Shown one piece after another: positions 11,340-23,899 of a DNA stretch of 64,000 nucleotides (positions are counted from its first letter, which is position 1; every line of letters starts with the position of its first letter). The DNA comes from Chlorokybus atmophyticus. Its lineage: Eukaryota; Plantae; Mesostigma and Chlorokybus algae. The DNA lies in assembly GCA_009103225.1 (NCBI GenBank), contig RHPI01003488.1, positions 497,803 through 561,802 of the forward strand, given 5' to 3'. The notes below the pieces were generated by a model. That model was not told the DNA's origin and made no database searches. It was given only the letters and a program-made list of their open reading frames with translations. The translations under genes and the position numbers were made by a program.

Positions 11340-13700
11340 GTTGTACCGACGTATATAAGGGGTATGGTGCGGTGGCAGCCTGCATGGTGTGCGGACAACG
11401 CGAATGACATGCATCAGCACAAGCATACATATGTCGGCATACCAGCACGCCCCTTTTGTACACGCTTTACACATCAAACTTAACCACCGGGCTAGTTCTG
11501 TGGCTGCTTGCTACACTATACCAATGCTAGCCCGCCCCGTTAGACATACAAGCATGCATTCGGTTAGTATCTGCCCATATGGGCGCTGGTCAGTCTGTTG
11601 TTAACCACGGCCACAGCTGCAGCAGCATCAACATGCAGGACGACTGTGCATGGTGTGATGTGGGTGTACAGAATATGCGTGGTGCGGTTATTAGCATGCA
11701 TGTCAAGGCCACACATACAAATGACAAATGCAGCGGTACTATCGTCCTGGTGTGCAAAAAACTGTACCTCACGGCGTTGGTCACAGAGTTATGCACGGCA
11801 ACCTATGCGGAAGTGCACGTGCTACCCCAACAGATACTACAGCTACACGACACATGGAACATGGCCAATGGTTTTCACTCCACGCATGCACACAAGTCGC
11901 CCACGCTGCCGCACTTATACATGCTGTACAAGCTGCACAGATACCCTCGAAGGCATGATTTACAGCGGCGGCATACAATACATCGCTTGTTGATATGAGT
12001 GTCTGGCTGGCACGTGTGTATTAGGCATTGCAACCGGTGTGGCACGCCTTGTGGGCAGAGACAGTGGCGCTCCCAGGAGTACACCAGAGTTGGATTATGT
12101 CGGACACCCGCTCTTTCTCATGGCTGCAATCTGCATTAAACACAACACGTTCAGCGGCGGACAAGCGACAACACGTGAAGCTACAACTTTTTCAACACTT
12201 TACACCACGATCCCACATTTGGATCTGCTGGAGCGCATCACCGAGCTCGTTGAAGCCAGCTTTGAGTACAAAGTGCGACAGGACAGAAGCACACACCTCC
12301 ACCTGACCGTGCAGTCAGACGGTACAGTACTGCATATGTGGACAGCTGCGGCGACATATAGGGTGGATGATGACCGCATGTGAAGGACGTTTACATCGCC
12401 GCTAATGTACAGCATGCTGCAGTTCCTGTTGGGCAACCTGTATTTGCGCACGGTCAGTGATGAAGTCTACAGACAAACGGTGGGAGTACCCATGAGCAAC
12501 AACGCCGGCGCCCATCTGGGGAACGGCTACTTGTTGTCGCACGAGCGCCGGTTTGCACGCTGCTTGCGTGCCGCTGGAGATATGTCCCGGCTGTCGGCTT
12601 GCGCAAGGGGCGTGCTGCGCTACATTGATGACCTCTTCGTAGCGGACATAGAAGATTTTGCTGCGCTGCTATACATGGGCAGCGACATTCCGGGAGGAGG
12701 CCTGTACCCGAGACAGACGTGCACTAACAGTGACACGCACTGAGGCGGGTATCTCAGTGCCTTTTTTAGATGTGACTGTGTTTCAAACGGCGGACGGATT
12801 GTGCACGAAGTTATACAGCAAAAGAGATTTGCCGGAGTTTAGTGGCATCTTGCGACACCGAGCGCCTCTGCCAGAATCAAATGTACCAAGGAGCGTCAAA
12901 CTGGGCGTGGTGGTTTCACAGTTCACACGTTTCGTGCATACTTGCACATACCGCAGTCATATCGTCACGGCCATGACTGCGCTGCTAGCATCCATGCAAG
13001 CGGATGGACACTCTGTGAAGCGGATGTTGGCGACTTTGAGGCAACGCATGATACGTGACAACGCACATGCGTACTGCATGTGCGTTGTCACGTGTGCCCC
13101 CAGCTCTACTGTATAAGATGGTGTACCAGGCGCTGCAGAAGCCACGGCGCGCAAACGCAGCGCTCACCACGCAGTGTGGTGCACTGTGATGATGCGCGGG
13201 GAGCAGATTGCCTGGTAACGCAGGGTGCCCGTGCGACAGACAAACCGAGCCAACTCCACCACCCAACCCTACTGACCAGACCTAACCGCCAGTGACACAG
13301 CGGCCCTGCATGCGGCAGTGCTGACGTTGGCACTACGCGAGAAGGGTTAGGGTAGTGAGAGACGCAGCAGCGGAAACTACGTGGCAGAGTGGGTGGCGGG
13401 GGAAGAGGGAGAGCAGGTGGAAGGGAGGGAGTCGCTGTGCTGCTGATACTGTTGCCTTTGCCAACACCAACTGACAGAGCTCGTGTGGGCAGGTATTGCA
13501 CTGCTAATACGCATGCATGCATGCCTGATGGGGAGGTCTAGACTAGTGTAGTGTAATGAGGAACAAACAGTGTGTATAGCCCGGTGGTTGTGTTGTAATG
13601 TGCTTGCATGTTGCTGTTTGGCATGCTGTGAGTGAGGTCATGCATGTCTCCAACTACTGCCAGCATATCCTGTACACAGCAATGCTGTATTGCTCTGGCA
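11340..13700 (+). mobile_element. Penelope-like element copy A: 5'-truncated RT and 3' pseudo-LTR, with an inverted 5' segment (~11340-11580)
   Basis: Frameshifted RT pieces: DKCSGTIVLVCKK, PTLPHLYMLYKLH, YRQTVGVPMSNNAGAHLGNGYLLSHE, YIDD at 12621-12632, thumb PFLDVTVF...CTKLYSK. Closely matches copy C. TAGCCCGGTGGT occurs at 13577 (+) and inverted at 11483-11494. Confidence 0.9.
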
Positions 13701-14059
13701 TGTGATCAGGATACTTCTTGACTGCCTGAGACGCCCAGCTGGCTATGTGCTGCACATCAACAAATAACTAAGCAAAACTAGGCGCACATGCACATGCAGT
13801 CCAAAGACTCCCGCAAAAGTACTCCTAATGTGTCACTCTGCCTGAGTATGCGGGTACTTCACAACCACTCGCATGACAGAACATAGCAACCATTGGTAAG
13901 CACACATGAGTGCTACTCTTGCGCAAGTGCCCACAACACCGCCATACCCCACAACAACAGCCTATGCTTATGATAGATACAAAATCCACATATAGCAAGG
14001 CAGGACTTCCCAAGCAAAGTATACACAGTCAGTTGAATGGCAGAGTTCACTTTACAACA

Positions 14060-17000
14060 TCAAGTGTCCGCTGCAGCTGCCACTTCCCCCTCTTCCTGAT
14101 CATCGTCATCACCATCGTCGTAGTCATCTTCTTCGACGGGCTTCATGCGCAAGCCAAAAGATGCAGCAGCATTGCTGCCGTCCTCAGTGACACCCAGCTC
14201 TGCTGCCTCGTTGGCCATGTGTTGATGGCTGTGGTTAAACACTGCAGGACTGTTGGTGTAATCCTCGTCATCTGACCTCATTTTCAACCCAAACGCAGAC
14301 AGCCCCTTGTTGCGCGAACCAGGTCGATCAAAATCGGTCATCAGTAGCCTCTGCTCTTCCATATCTACAGTTTGCTCCATCTGCGCAACCAACAGTTGGA
14401 AAGGCCCACATACTACCAGGGGACGAAGAAAATCAAGAGCACAGCTTACATTTTGTAGCCGAGCAATGGCCTGTGCCCGCTCTTCCTCGCGTTTCTTCTT
14501 TGTAGCAGCCTCAGCTTGGGCCAACTCAAGCAACCGTTGCTGCTCTGCAACTCTAGCCTCCACGCGTTTTCGATCCGCTTCTGCATTGAATGAGGCTTTG
14601 AGCACCAGCACCTTGCCACCATCTGCAACGAGACACATGCAACATAGAGCCAACAACATACCTTCCTGCTTTCTCAACCTTGATTGTCGCAAGCGCTCTT
14701 CTTCCTCGAGTCGTTCTTTCTCCTAAAATAAAGCGTGATGTGAGCAGAATTGATACGCACTCGCTACACAAGGGATACAACGACATGTCGCTGCATACCC
14801 GCTGCTTCTGTTGTTGCTCTTTGGACTGGAATTCAGACCATAGAGGATCCGCAGCTGACCCTTCAACATGCTCAGCAGTCGGCGGTGCTAGCGGTTCTTC
14901 AGAAGCAGCAGCGGTCTCAACAGGAGTTCCTATCTCTGCTTCCTTTGGTTTCTCCGCTGGATTGGCCAGCATACTCCATGACGCCGCATTGGCAAGGGTC
15001 AACTCCTGCTAGATAACAATTCAGGAGGCCTGAACAACGCCAGACACTCTAGTACAGGCAGTTGATGGCCCAAAATTGTACCCGTTTTGGCGCGGACGCC
15101 TTGATAATCTCTGGCTGTACAGGTTTTCCATCTGCTGTCCCACCAGCGATGAAGCTGTGTGAGACTGGAGAACATACAGCAAACCAGTCACAACTGCCGT
15201 AATCGACATTCGTACTGTTGCACCACCTCAGGTCTTGAAGGTCGGGTTTTCACAAGTTACCTTTGGCATTCATGCCACCACTTGCTCCAACCTCGCCATT
15301 CGAGCCAGCTGTGCGCTCCTACATTAAATTACAAGCTTGAATACATGGGAAACTATGCCTCATTGATAAGGGTGTTCAAGGCTTGCGCACCTTCTCTCTG
15401 GATGACTTTGACCCGGCACCCTCTGACCGCCGCTCAACTCCAGAATCAGAACCCTCTGAAGACGTGTCAGAGTCTGCAAACTCATGGTCAGTCATGCCTC
15501 TGCAGACACACTGCCGGAGCATGATATGCCTACGGGCTCACTCGTACCGCTGTCAGAACTGGAGTCACTTGAAGTGCTTGACGATGAGCGCTGTGGTCCA
15601 GAGGCAAGCCGACGATCCTGCTCAACCTTGATTTCCGGTAAGGGAGCGCTTGGGCCCTCGTCGTCAATATCGACATCATCATCTTCCGCAACGACTGTTG
15701 AAATCATCATGGCTGTCAGCAGGTTGCCGGCAAGCTCATCAACTTCGGCAGTGGCATGCCAAACAATAAACACAAGGAGTGCACAACCACGTAGCAGCTG
15801 CGACTAACAGCAATGCTCACCGCGCTTGTTTTTTGTCTTTGGTTTGACCTCCGTGGAACGCACAGGCCTCTCAGGCGACTGCAACACATGCGCAAGATGG
15901 CTGAGACAAAGGAGATCGCCAATCGAGCAAATTGCATAGACAAGCTCTCACGTCACAACAGCCCATAGAAAAGTGCCAACCTCACCTGCAGCTCATTCTC
16001 AAGGTCTCCAAGCGCCTCCTGTACTCGATCACTTGCAATCTTGCCAAGTTTTCCGAAAAGAACACTGTTGATGTAGGCATCTAGCTGCCAGAGTGTCTCG
16101 TTGTCTAGTGACTCGATGTCTAATTCAATCTCATCACCGTCCTGCTGCAAGTTCTTATTGCGCTGCTGGATAATGGTGACCACATGGCCAAGGTGTTCTG
16201 CAGGTAGATTGCTCATGTTCTCGCTTAACACCCGCTTTTCGTCAAATGTCATCGGCCGCTTCAACCTCTCTTTGGCCTTGTCCTTTTCTCTCCCATGAGT
16301 AACTTCCCTGCCTGTAACCTTCTCCTTATGTACTTTTCCCACCTGTTGCACCACAATTTTAGTCAAGCCCCAGTACCTGTCACCAGCGTGTACACGCAAC
16401 GCATGTAACCATCCGTAGCATGCACTATGCAGTTCAGTCCACCCATGAATCTCACATTGCACAGGCATACACTTATGCGACAGTATGACCTGGTCCAGCG
16501 GTGGGTGACGTTGCTGGGCCGCAACTGGAGGGCCCTCGTGTTGCTCTTCCAGCATAGCTCTGAACTTGGTTTCTTCTGCTTCTGTAGCAGCCTCAACCTT
16601 TCGGTACTTTTCCTCAAACTTGCGTGACATCTCAATTGCCATATTGTGCACTTCATGTCCCACTGGGTTGTAACTCCTGGCATTGTTGAAAGTCAACCGC
16701 ATATCAGCTGCGAACTCCGAAGGATGCTTGTACTTGCCCTCAGTGAGTCTGTCAAGAACAGTCATAAGTAGGAGAGTCCAACAGCGCAGACGACCACATA
16801 GGAGTGAGCGGACTCAGGGCAAAAACTTACTTCCTTTTTATGGTGCCCAGATCCATGGGCTGCTTGATGATGTCGTGATAATCGTACAGGCCCAATCCTT
16901 CTGCATCGACGGGCTTGTTGAAGATAAATGCGAAGCGGTGTTTTAACAAGGAAGTCAATTCTCTTGCGCAAGACTTTAACAACTCGCTCATGGCTTTGCA

Positions 17001-17777
17001 GCGTTCAGTCTCCACCCGCTGCTTCTTAGCATCCTGCATGCTGGAACCTGCAGACACTTCTGCGCGCTTGGGCTTCAATGGAACGGCAACTGCACAGAGC
17101 ACAGCAATGCTCTCAGCCTGCTCAACACCAGACCACCCCACACCCACCATGCAAATGTAAACGCAAATTAGACCAACATACAAAATGCGCACACAGCACA
17201 ACTTACCAGCATCAGCGTGGCCATTGTTTGCATGCAGCTCCCGTTGCCGATCCTCTATTTTGGCACGCAGCAGAGCCAGTTGTTCTAGCTCTTCCTGGAG
17301 TCTCCGTTTTTTCTCCCTTCTGCTCTCCTTGCGGTTCACCTCGGGAGGATGTGCATGATGTGCCTGGTCCACTTGCATGCGTTCCGCACCGCCACCATCG
17401 CCGAGACGCACGGACGGAGGCGCCGGGACCTCCTTCCGCTTGACACCCCGGACGCCGTTAGCAGCAGCCTGTGCGGAAGGGGTAGCGGCAGGAGGAGGAT
17501 CCACCGTGTCGGAGGCCCTACCGCTGGCCATAGGGGCGCTGTCTTTGAGGCGAGATGGCAAGCCAACGCGCCTGCTCCTCCTGGCGTCGGCGCCTTCGTC
17601 GGCGGAGGACGGGGTGTCGGGTGCGGAGGCGGATGGGACGAGGGCTGGGACGGGGACAAGGGCATAGCCTTTGGGCATTTTCTTCTTTGCAGCCTGCTCC
17701 TTGGTGAGAACCATCTCCTTGCGCTTCTGAGTCAACCCGCTGTCCTGCCTGTGAACGCCGGCGCCGCCCCCCGCCAT
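14060..17777 (-). CDS. GTE: GTE/BET-family bromodomain + extra-terminal (ET) domain transcription regulator, multi-exon
   Basis: Bromodomain [33 protein letters not shown]|...[25 protein letters not shown] domain [32 protein letters not shown]...[17 protein letters not shown]. Coiled C-terminal tail as in GTE8-12. Confidence 0.92.
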
Positions 17778-18533
17778 GCCAAACGCAACCACTAGGCCTC
17801 CAGCAGCTGCCGCTCTTTACATCCAACGGGTTAGGCGCACTGAGCAGCAGAAAACCTCACGCTTTACTGAGCCATGGCACCAGGCACAGGGCGGAAGCAG
17901 CACCAACCGCAACAGCGATAGTACGGTATGATCAGTCCTGCCTGCCTCAACCACGCCCTCCGCAGGCGCCGCAACCAACAAGAACAACTCTACAGTATGC
18001 ACAAACTTGCAACGTTGTAACCCTAGCGCCTTGCAACCAAGCTTCCAGTACGCCTCAACGCCACCGCCGCCGCCGCCTTGCTCCGTTTCCCGCTGCACCC
18101 TGACCTCCGCAGCGTCCTGGGTGATCGTGGCTGGTCAGATGGTCGTCGTGGAAGGCGTGGGCGGCGGCGGCGGCCACATGCGGGAGGACCTCCCCAGGGT
18201 GGTACGGCGGCTATGGCGGACACACCGGCCGCGGCGCCTGACAGCTGCTCAATGCAATGCATAATTCATACCTACGGCCGCTAACTAGCTTGGCCTGCTG
18301 GTTGCCCTGCTGTAGCTTTTCGCCAATATCGTGTCGCGCATCACTGGGCAGTTCCGCTAGCTCGCCGGTTAAACGCGCGTTCTCGGTTGACTTCGACCAC
18401 GGCTTCGGCTGCATGCTAACCATCAAGGGTTTTGCGCAAGCTCTTAACTACGAAGCCCCAGTCATCGCCTCGACGACAAAGCCGCCGAATCTTAAGCCCG
18501 CTGCGCCCGCTTGTACAGCCGATTCACGCGGAA

Positions 18534-18541
18534 TTAGGGTT
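18534..18541 (-). promoter_or_regulatory. Telo-box-like motif (AACCCTAA) upstream of RPS3A
   Basis: TTAGGGTT about 205 bp upstream of the RPS3A ATG. Telo-boxes are established elements of plant ribosomal-protein promoters, but the motif is short. Confidence 0.35.
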
Positions 18542-18746
18542 CACTCGTTGCCAGACTATTGCTAGCAAAACCGCCTGCAGTAGGTTGGTATTGCAGCCGT
18601 AAGACCGGCTTACAGGGCGGCAAAGGGTCCTCAGCGCCTCCTGAATCGATCTCTTCCGGCGGCGATAGGACCAACGCCGCCGCCGACGCCACCGTCGTTG
18701 CGTGGCAGATCGCCGTCTTGGGCGGCGTTTTGGGGCTGCAGACACC

Positions 18747-20954
18747 ATGGCGGTCGGGTACGTGCTGGGTGATGTGCGCATATGTTGGGGTCTGGGCATG
18801 ACGATGAGCACCGGCGGCGCCTTGCGGGTTTAGGGGCTTGCTGCGGCTATGCCAACGCACCTGCCGTGTTTTGAATTGTGCGGGGTGGTGTTGTCAACCT
18901 AGTGCACGAGCTGAGTGAAGTTGTGTTGCAAAACGTGTGGTCTGGCATGTTGCATCGTACACGTGGTCGTACTCGCGCTGTGCTCTACACCAGGATTTCT
19001 GACTGCATTGTTTGGTTTTGTGCAGCAAAAACAAGCGTATCTCCAAAGGAAAGAAGGGAGGAAAGAAGAAGGCGTAAGTTTGTAATTCAAGTTGTTTCAG
19101 CTGTATAACTCATTCCTTACTGCAAAGTTCGTGTTAAGTATGATGTGTTGTTCCACCAGTACACCAAATCATCATTGTTCAGATTTGTCGTCTTGGCTTA
19201 GGTTTTTGTGCGCTACAGGCACTGTGTATCTTTTGTTGTGTATTGTGTGCGCTAGTGTCTGCGCATGCAGTACCTGCGCAACCAGCATGTTTTGTTACGC
19301 TTTGCGTGTTGTAGTGGCGGACACTGGAGAAGTAGCATGCACACTGTAGCGTCTTTGGGTATTTGTCGGCATTTTATTAGATTTCCTTGATGGGGTAGTG
19401 TCACACAAGGATGCACAGCATGCTGGGCGCCTCTGTGTTTAAGAGGCACCAGGATGTTGAGTGTAGACTTGAATTAGTGGTCGTAATTATCCTCATCCCA
19501 ATGTTACCATCCCAATCGGTAATGACTAGTGTCTTCATTGTTGTTGAGCCTAGCTAACAGTCAGAACAGTTTCCGCCGTTGCCATTGTCGCTCACACGCT
19601 GGGGTGTATTTCAGTGTGGATCCGTTCAGCAAGAAGGATTGGTATGATATCAAGGCCCCTTCCATGTTCACACAGCGGAACATTGGCAAGACGCTTGTTA
19701 CCCGCACCCAAGGCACCAAGGTTCTGCATAGTTGTCTCTGCTTGCAGTGCGCGGATGCAATAAGTATGTAGTTGCTGACAAGCTCGGCTTGCAGATTGCA
19801 TCTGATGCACTGAAGGGACGAGTTTTTGAGATTTGCCTTGCCGATCTTCAACAAGATGAGGACCAGGCTTACAGGAAGATGAAGTTGCGCGCAGAGGATG
19901 TGCAAGGCCGCAATGTGTTGACCAACTTCTGGGTACGCTAGTGACTGTTTGACACATGATATCGCAAGTGCATGAGGTGCTGAGCGTCGCGCATGTCTTT
20001 CCTCACCACTTTGGCCGGATGCTAGTGGAGCCTGGACAGTCTGGTGAATGATGTAGTGCTTATGACGTTGATTGTCTCATTGCGTCAACCTTGACTTGTA
20101 CAGGGCATGGATTTCACAACAGACAAACTGCGGTCGCTGGTTCGCAAGTGGCAAAGTTTGATTGAGGCTCATGTTGATGTCAAGACCACTGACAACTACA
20201 CGCTGCGCCTCTTCTGCATTGGCTTCACCAAGAAGCGACCAAACCAGATCAAGAGGTCTTGCTACGCGCAAACTGCTCAGATCCGCCAGGTAAGTACTCA
20301 TAAGCGACTTGGGCTAGTTTATGCTATGTCAGATGTTGCTGCTGCAAGCCGATGACACTGGCTATATCTGACAGATTCGCAAGAAGATGCGGGAGATCAT
20401 GATGGCGCAGGCATCAAGCTGCGATTTGAAGGACCTGGTCTCCAAGTTTATCCCCGAGGTGATCGGGAAGGAAGTTGAGAAGGCTGCTGCAGGTATCTAC
20501 CCGCTGCAGAACACCTTCATCAGGAAGGTGAAGATCCTGAAGGCGCCCAAGTTTGACCTTGGCAAGCTCATGGAGGTAAGTAAGGCTGGTTGCCTATTGG
20601 GCACCTCGTCAAGCAGTCCCCACTTTTACGCCATGGTGGTCGGCTGCCGCATGGTGCCAAAAGTGCTGCCATGCCTGTCATGGTGCAGTGCAGAAGATGG
20701 TTCTGGGTCGTATTTCATCCCCATAGTCATAGAGCATTGCTACATTTGTGGATGTGCTTATCTCACCTGCACTGTGTTGCAGGTGCATGGCGACTACGCT
20801 GAGGAGGTTGGCGCCAAGCTTGAGCGTCCTGCAGAGGAGGTGAGTTGTTTTCTCGAGTAACATGTTGCAGAAAGCAGACCCCTGATGCAATGCTAATTGC
20901 ATTGTATTGCAGGCTGAGGAGGCTGAGACACCTGCGGAGCCTGTTGGCGCTTAG
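18747..20954 (+). CDS. RPS3A: 40S ribosomal protein S3a (eS1), 8 exons
   Basis: Exons ~18747-18757 MAVG, 19026-19073 [15 protein letters not shown], 19615-19720 [15 protein letters not shown], 19795-19932, 20105-20289 [17 protein letters not shown], 20375-20576, 20783-20839, 20913-20954. All GT-AG. Confidence 0.98.
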
Positions 20955-21099
20955 GGTAGCTATTGTATGCCATAGCATGCTCTGTGTGACATTGTTGTAA
21001 GCAACTACTGATGGTATGCTCGCTACAGCCTGCCTCTAAATGCTTGCTGTGGTCTCTCTATTCGTGTGGCAATGGTTTCTGCACGTTGCCAATCTTTAT

Positions 21100-22298
21100 G
21101 GTCAGCAGGTCAAGTCAACCTTCTAGTAGACTGGAGAGGCATGCGTGCATGACCAAGGGGGTAGAGGCAGTAGAGTAGTACAACAAGGTAGTTGTGTAGG
21201 TAGGGTAGCGCGGTGGTGAACTGGAATTGATTATGTGTAATGCATGTGATGTGGTGCTGTTACCTCAATGCCTGATGCATACGCAAGGACCATGGTATGA
21301 CACAGCTCAGCTGATGCATGAGCACTTACATCTTCAATGTGCACCTGTTCTATCTGCTGACATGTTATGCATGTCCTTAACTACCAAGTGCATATCCTGT
21401 ATACTAGATACACCAACGATGCAAGCGCCTCACAAGTCGCCACAGCAGCTCACTTTACAAAATGGTGCGAGTCTAATTACCTGGCTGTATCAAAGTAGCT
21501 GCCATTTTGTCTGACACGCTTGTGTCACTAATAGAGTTTGTTGTTGCTGATTGTCTGACATTGGAACCCACAGCGCTAAACACACAGCCAGTCACAAGCC
21601 CATGCAATCTACGGGCACGATACCCCAATTCCAACCACTCCCACCTCGCATGACCAAACCATGCCAACCACTCCCCCCCAACCATGCATGCCGCTGTGTA
21701 GGTTGTTTCCGTTGCTGAGGTTGTTGTGCTAGGCAAGGACACGTAGCTGCCTACCCAGTACACGTACCGGACCTTGCATATGTTGTGATAGTATAAGTTG
21801 TGTTTGATGAGATATGTAGGCCTCACGCAAACAGCGTTGCAGGTCCAATAAAATAGCTATTGGGGCAGGATGTGACGCTGGCCAGCCCGGGACGCGCACA
21901 TGGTCAAAGTCGCCCTCTTCAGCTGTCACACCCTTGTGTCCCAGCAGAGTCGGAGGTGCCACAAGTTGGTGGTGGTTCATGAGCTGCTTGGTTTCTGCTA
22001 GTTTTTACTCCCTGTGCTGGCTACATAAGCTGACCATGCTTGCCTCCATGGTCAGCTTATGTACGGCGTATCGTTTCGGGGGTACCAATCACATAAGTTC
22101 GCAAGGTCACCTATGGTAGTGTTATGCATCAAGCCGCTTGGCCCTTGTGGCAACCATCTCGCAGTTTATGCACACACGGAAACGCAGGCACAGCAACAGC
22201 AGGACAGGTAATGTGACACAGCTGGCTGGTGAAGTCACACGCTGTACAAATGAGCACATTAGCGCCTCTGGGCTGGCTTGCTGGTATAGGACACGGCG

Positions 22299-22383
<85 letters not shown>

Positions 22384-23330
22384 NGAATGGGTGCCCTACG
22401 CAGTGATGTGTTCTATCGGGTTGCTTGTGCGCCTCATTATGCTGAATGACTAGCTGTTGACGTCTGACTGCCAGCCACTGGCATGGCACGCACCTTGCTC
22501 TTTGTCCATAGTGTGCGTGCATGCATACAATCTACAACCTGTGCCGATCATGCACACACAACATGATGCAGCAAGTGCCGACGCAAGCACACACCAGCCT
22601 ACCCAGGCAAGCACACTTGTTGGACATGCAGTCAGATGGTCACCCCATGAAGCGCTTGTTGGCGAGGCTGAGACAAAAGATGCTGAGGGGACGATGCGCA
22701 TCAGTACTGCACCCCGCCACCACCGTTGCTGTACAAGTTGGTGTGTTTATGGCGCTGAGACTGCGATAATTGTCACTGCCAACAACACGCCGACAGACAC
22801 TGCACGGGGAGCATACGGCATGGCAAAACACGGCATGCCCGTGCGCGCGCGCAGGACTGCGGACACACACAGCTGCACCAGCACTGATACAGAACTGGGG
22901 AGAGGGGGAGGGCAGAGGGGGGAGGGGCGGGGAGGGGTGAGGGGGCAGTCACACGCTGCGCGTTCGCTGCATACACTGCTGCAGGACATTGGAGTGGAGA
23001 GTGACTGACGCTGCTACCCACGCATGCTGCAGGTGAAACACCGGATTTGTTGACGTGCATGCAAGACTGATGGGGGTGGTGAGTAGTTGGTAGGTAGTAG
23101 ACATAGCGGCGAACTAGCTAGCAGCAAGACAACAAACTTGAGCCCGGTGTCTGTGTCTGTGTCTGTGTCTGTGTCTGTGTCTGTGTGACTGTGCTGATGC
23201 TTGCATGCCATGACTTTGAGTGAAGTTGTGTATACACTTGCATGAGCAAAATCCCCGTTGCATCTCTTGTACTCTATGTATGCATGGTGCTTGTCCCTCG
23301 GCATGCCAAATACGGGTAGCACGACGGCAG
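21100..23330 (+). mobile_element. Penelope-like element copy D, heavily decayed: 5' pLTR end, GIY-YIG relic, gap/deletion, RT thumb, 3' pLTR
   Basis: TAGCGCGGTGGT at 21206. QYTYRTL...RYVGLTQTALQ near 21750-21840. LLDMQSDGHPMKRLLARLRQKM near 22620-22690 matches copy C LHAMHADGHLLKKLLATLRQRM. Purine-rich pLTR and GCATGCA..CTGATGGGG at 22890-23110. Confidence 0.65.
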
Positions 23331-23334
23331 TCAG

Positions 23335-23843
<509 letters not shown>

Positions 23844-23899
23844 NGTTATGCTACCCGAGTTGATGCACATGGCGTTTATCTCCAGGCATCACCGATGTA

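Noticed and set aside
11400-11483. HTYVGIPARPFCTRF as a GIY-YIG remnant
   Set aside because: The DNA aligns instead as an inverted copy of the element's 5' non-catalytic region (matches 63830-63990), so the peptide resemblance is chance.
13577-13650. TAGCCCGGTGGT as a tRNA D-arm / Pol III A-box (tRNA or SINE)
   Set aside because: No B-box (GTTCRA) or cloverleaf downstream in any copy.
19074-20104. Intronic snoRNAs in RPS3A
   Set aside because: No convincing C box/D box pair with terminal stem or rRNA-complementary guide identified.
22299-22384. Poly-G/poly-C runs (also 4663-4687, 45140-45161, 61891-62153) as poly-Gly/Pro coding or G4 elements
   Set aside because: All abut N gaps; most likely low-complexity assembly or sequencing artefacts of uncertain length.
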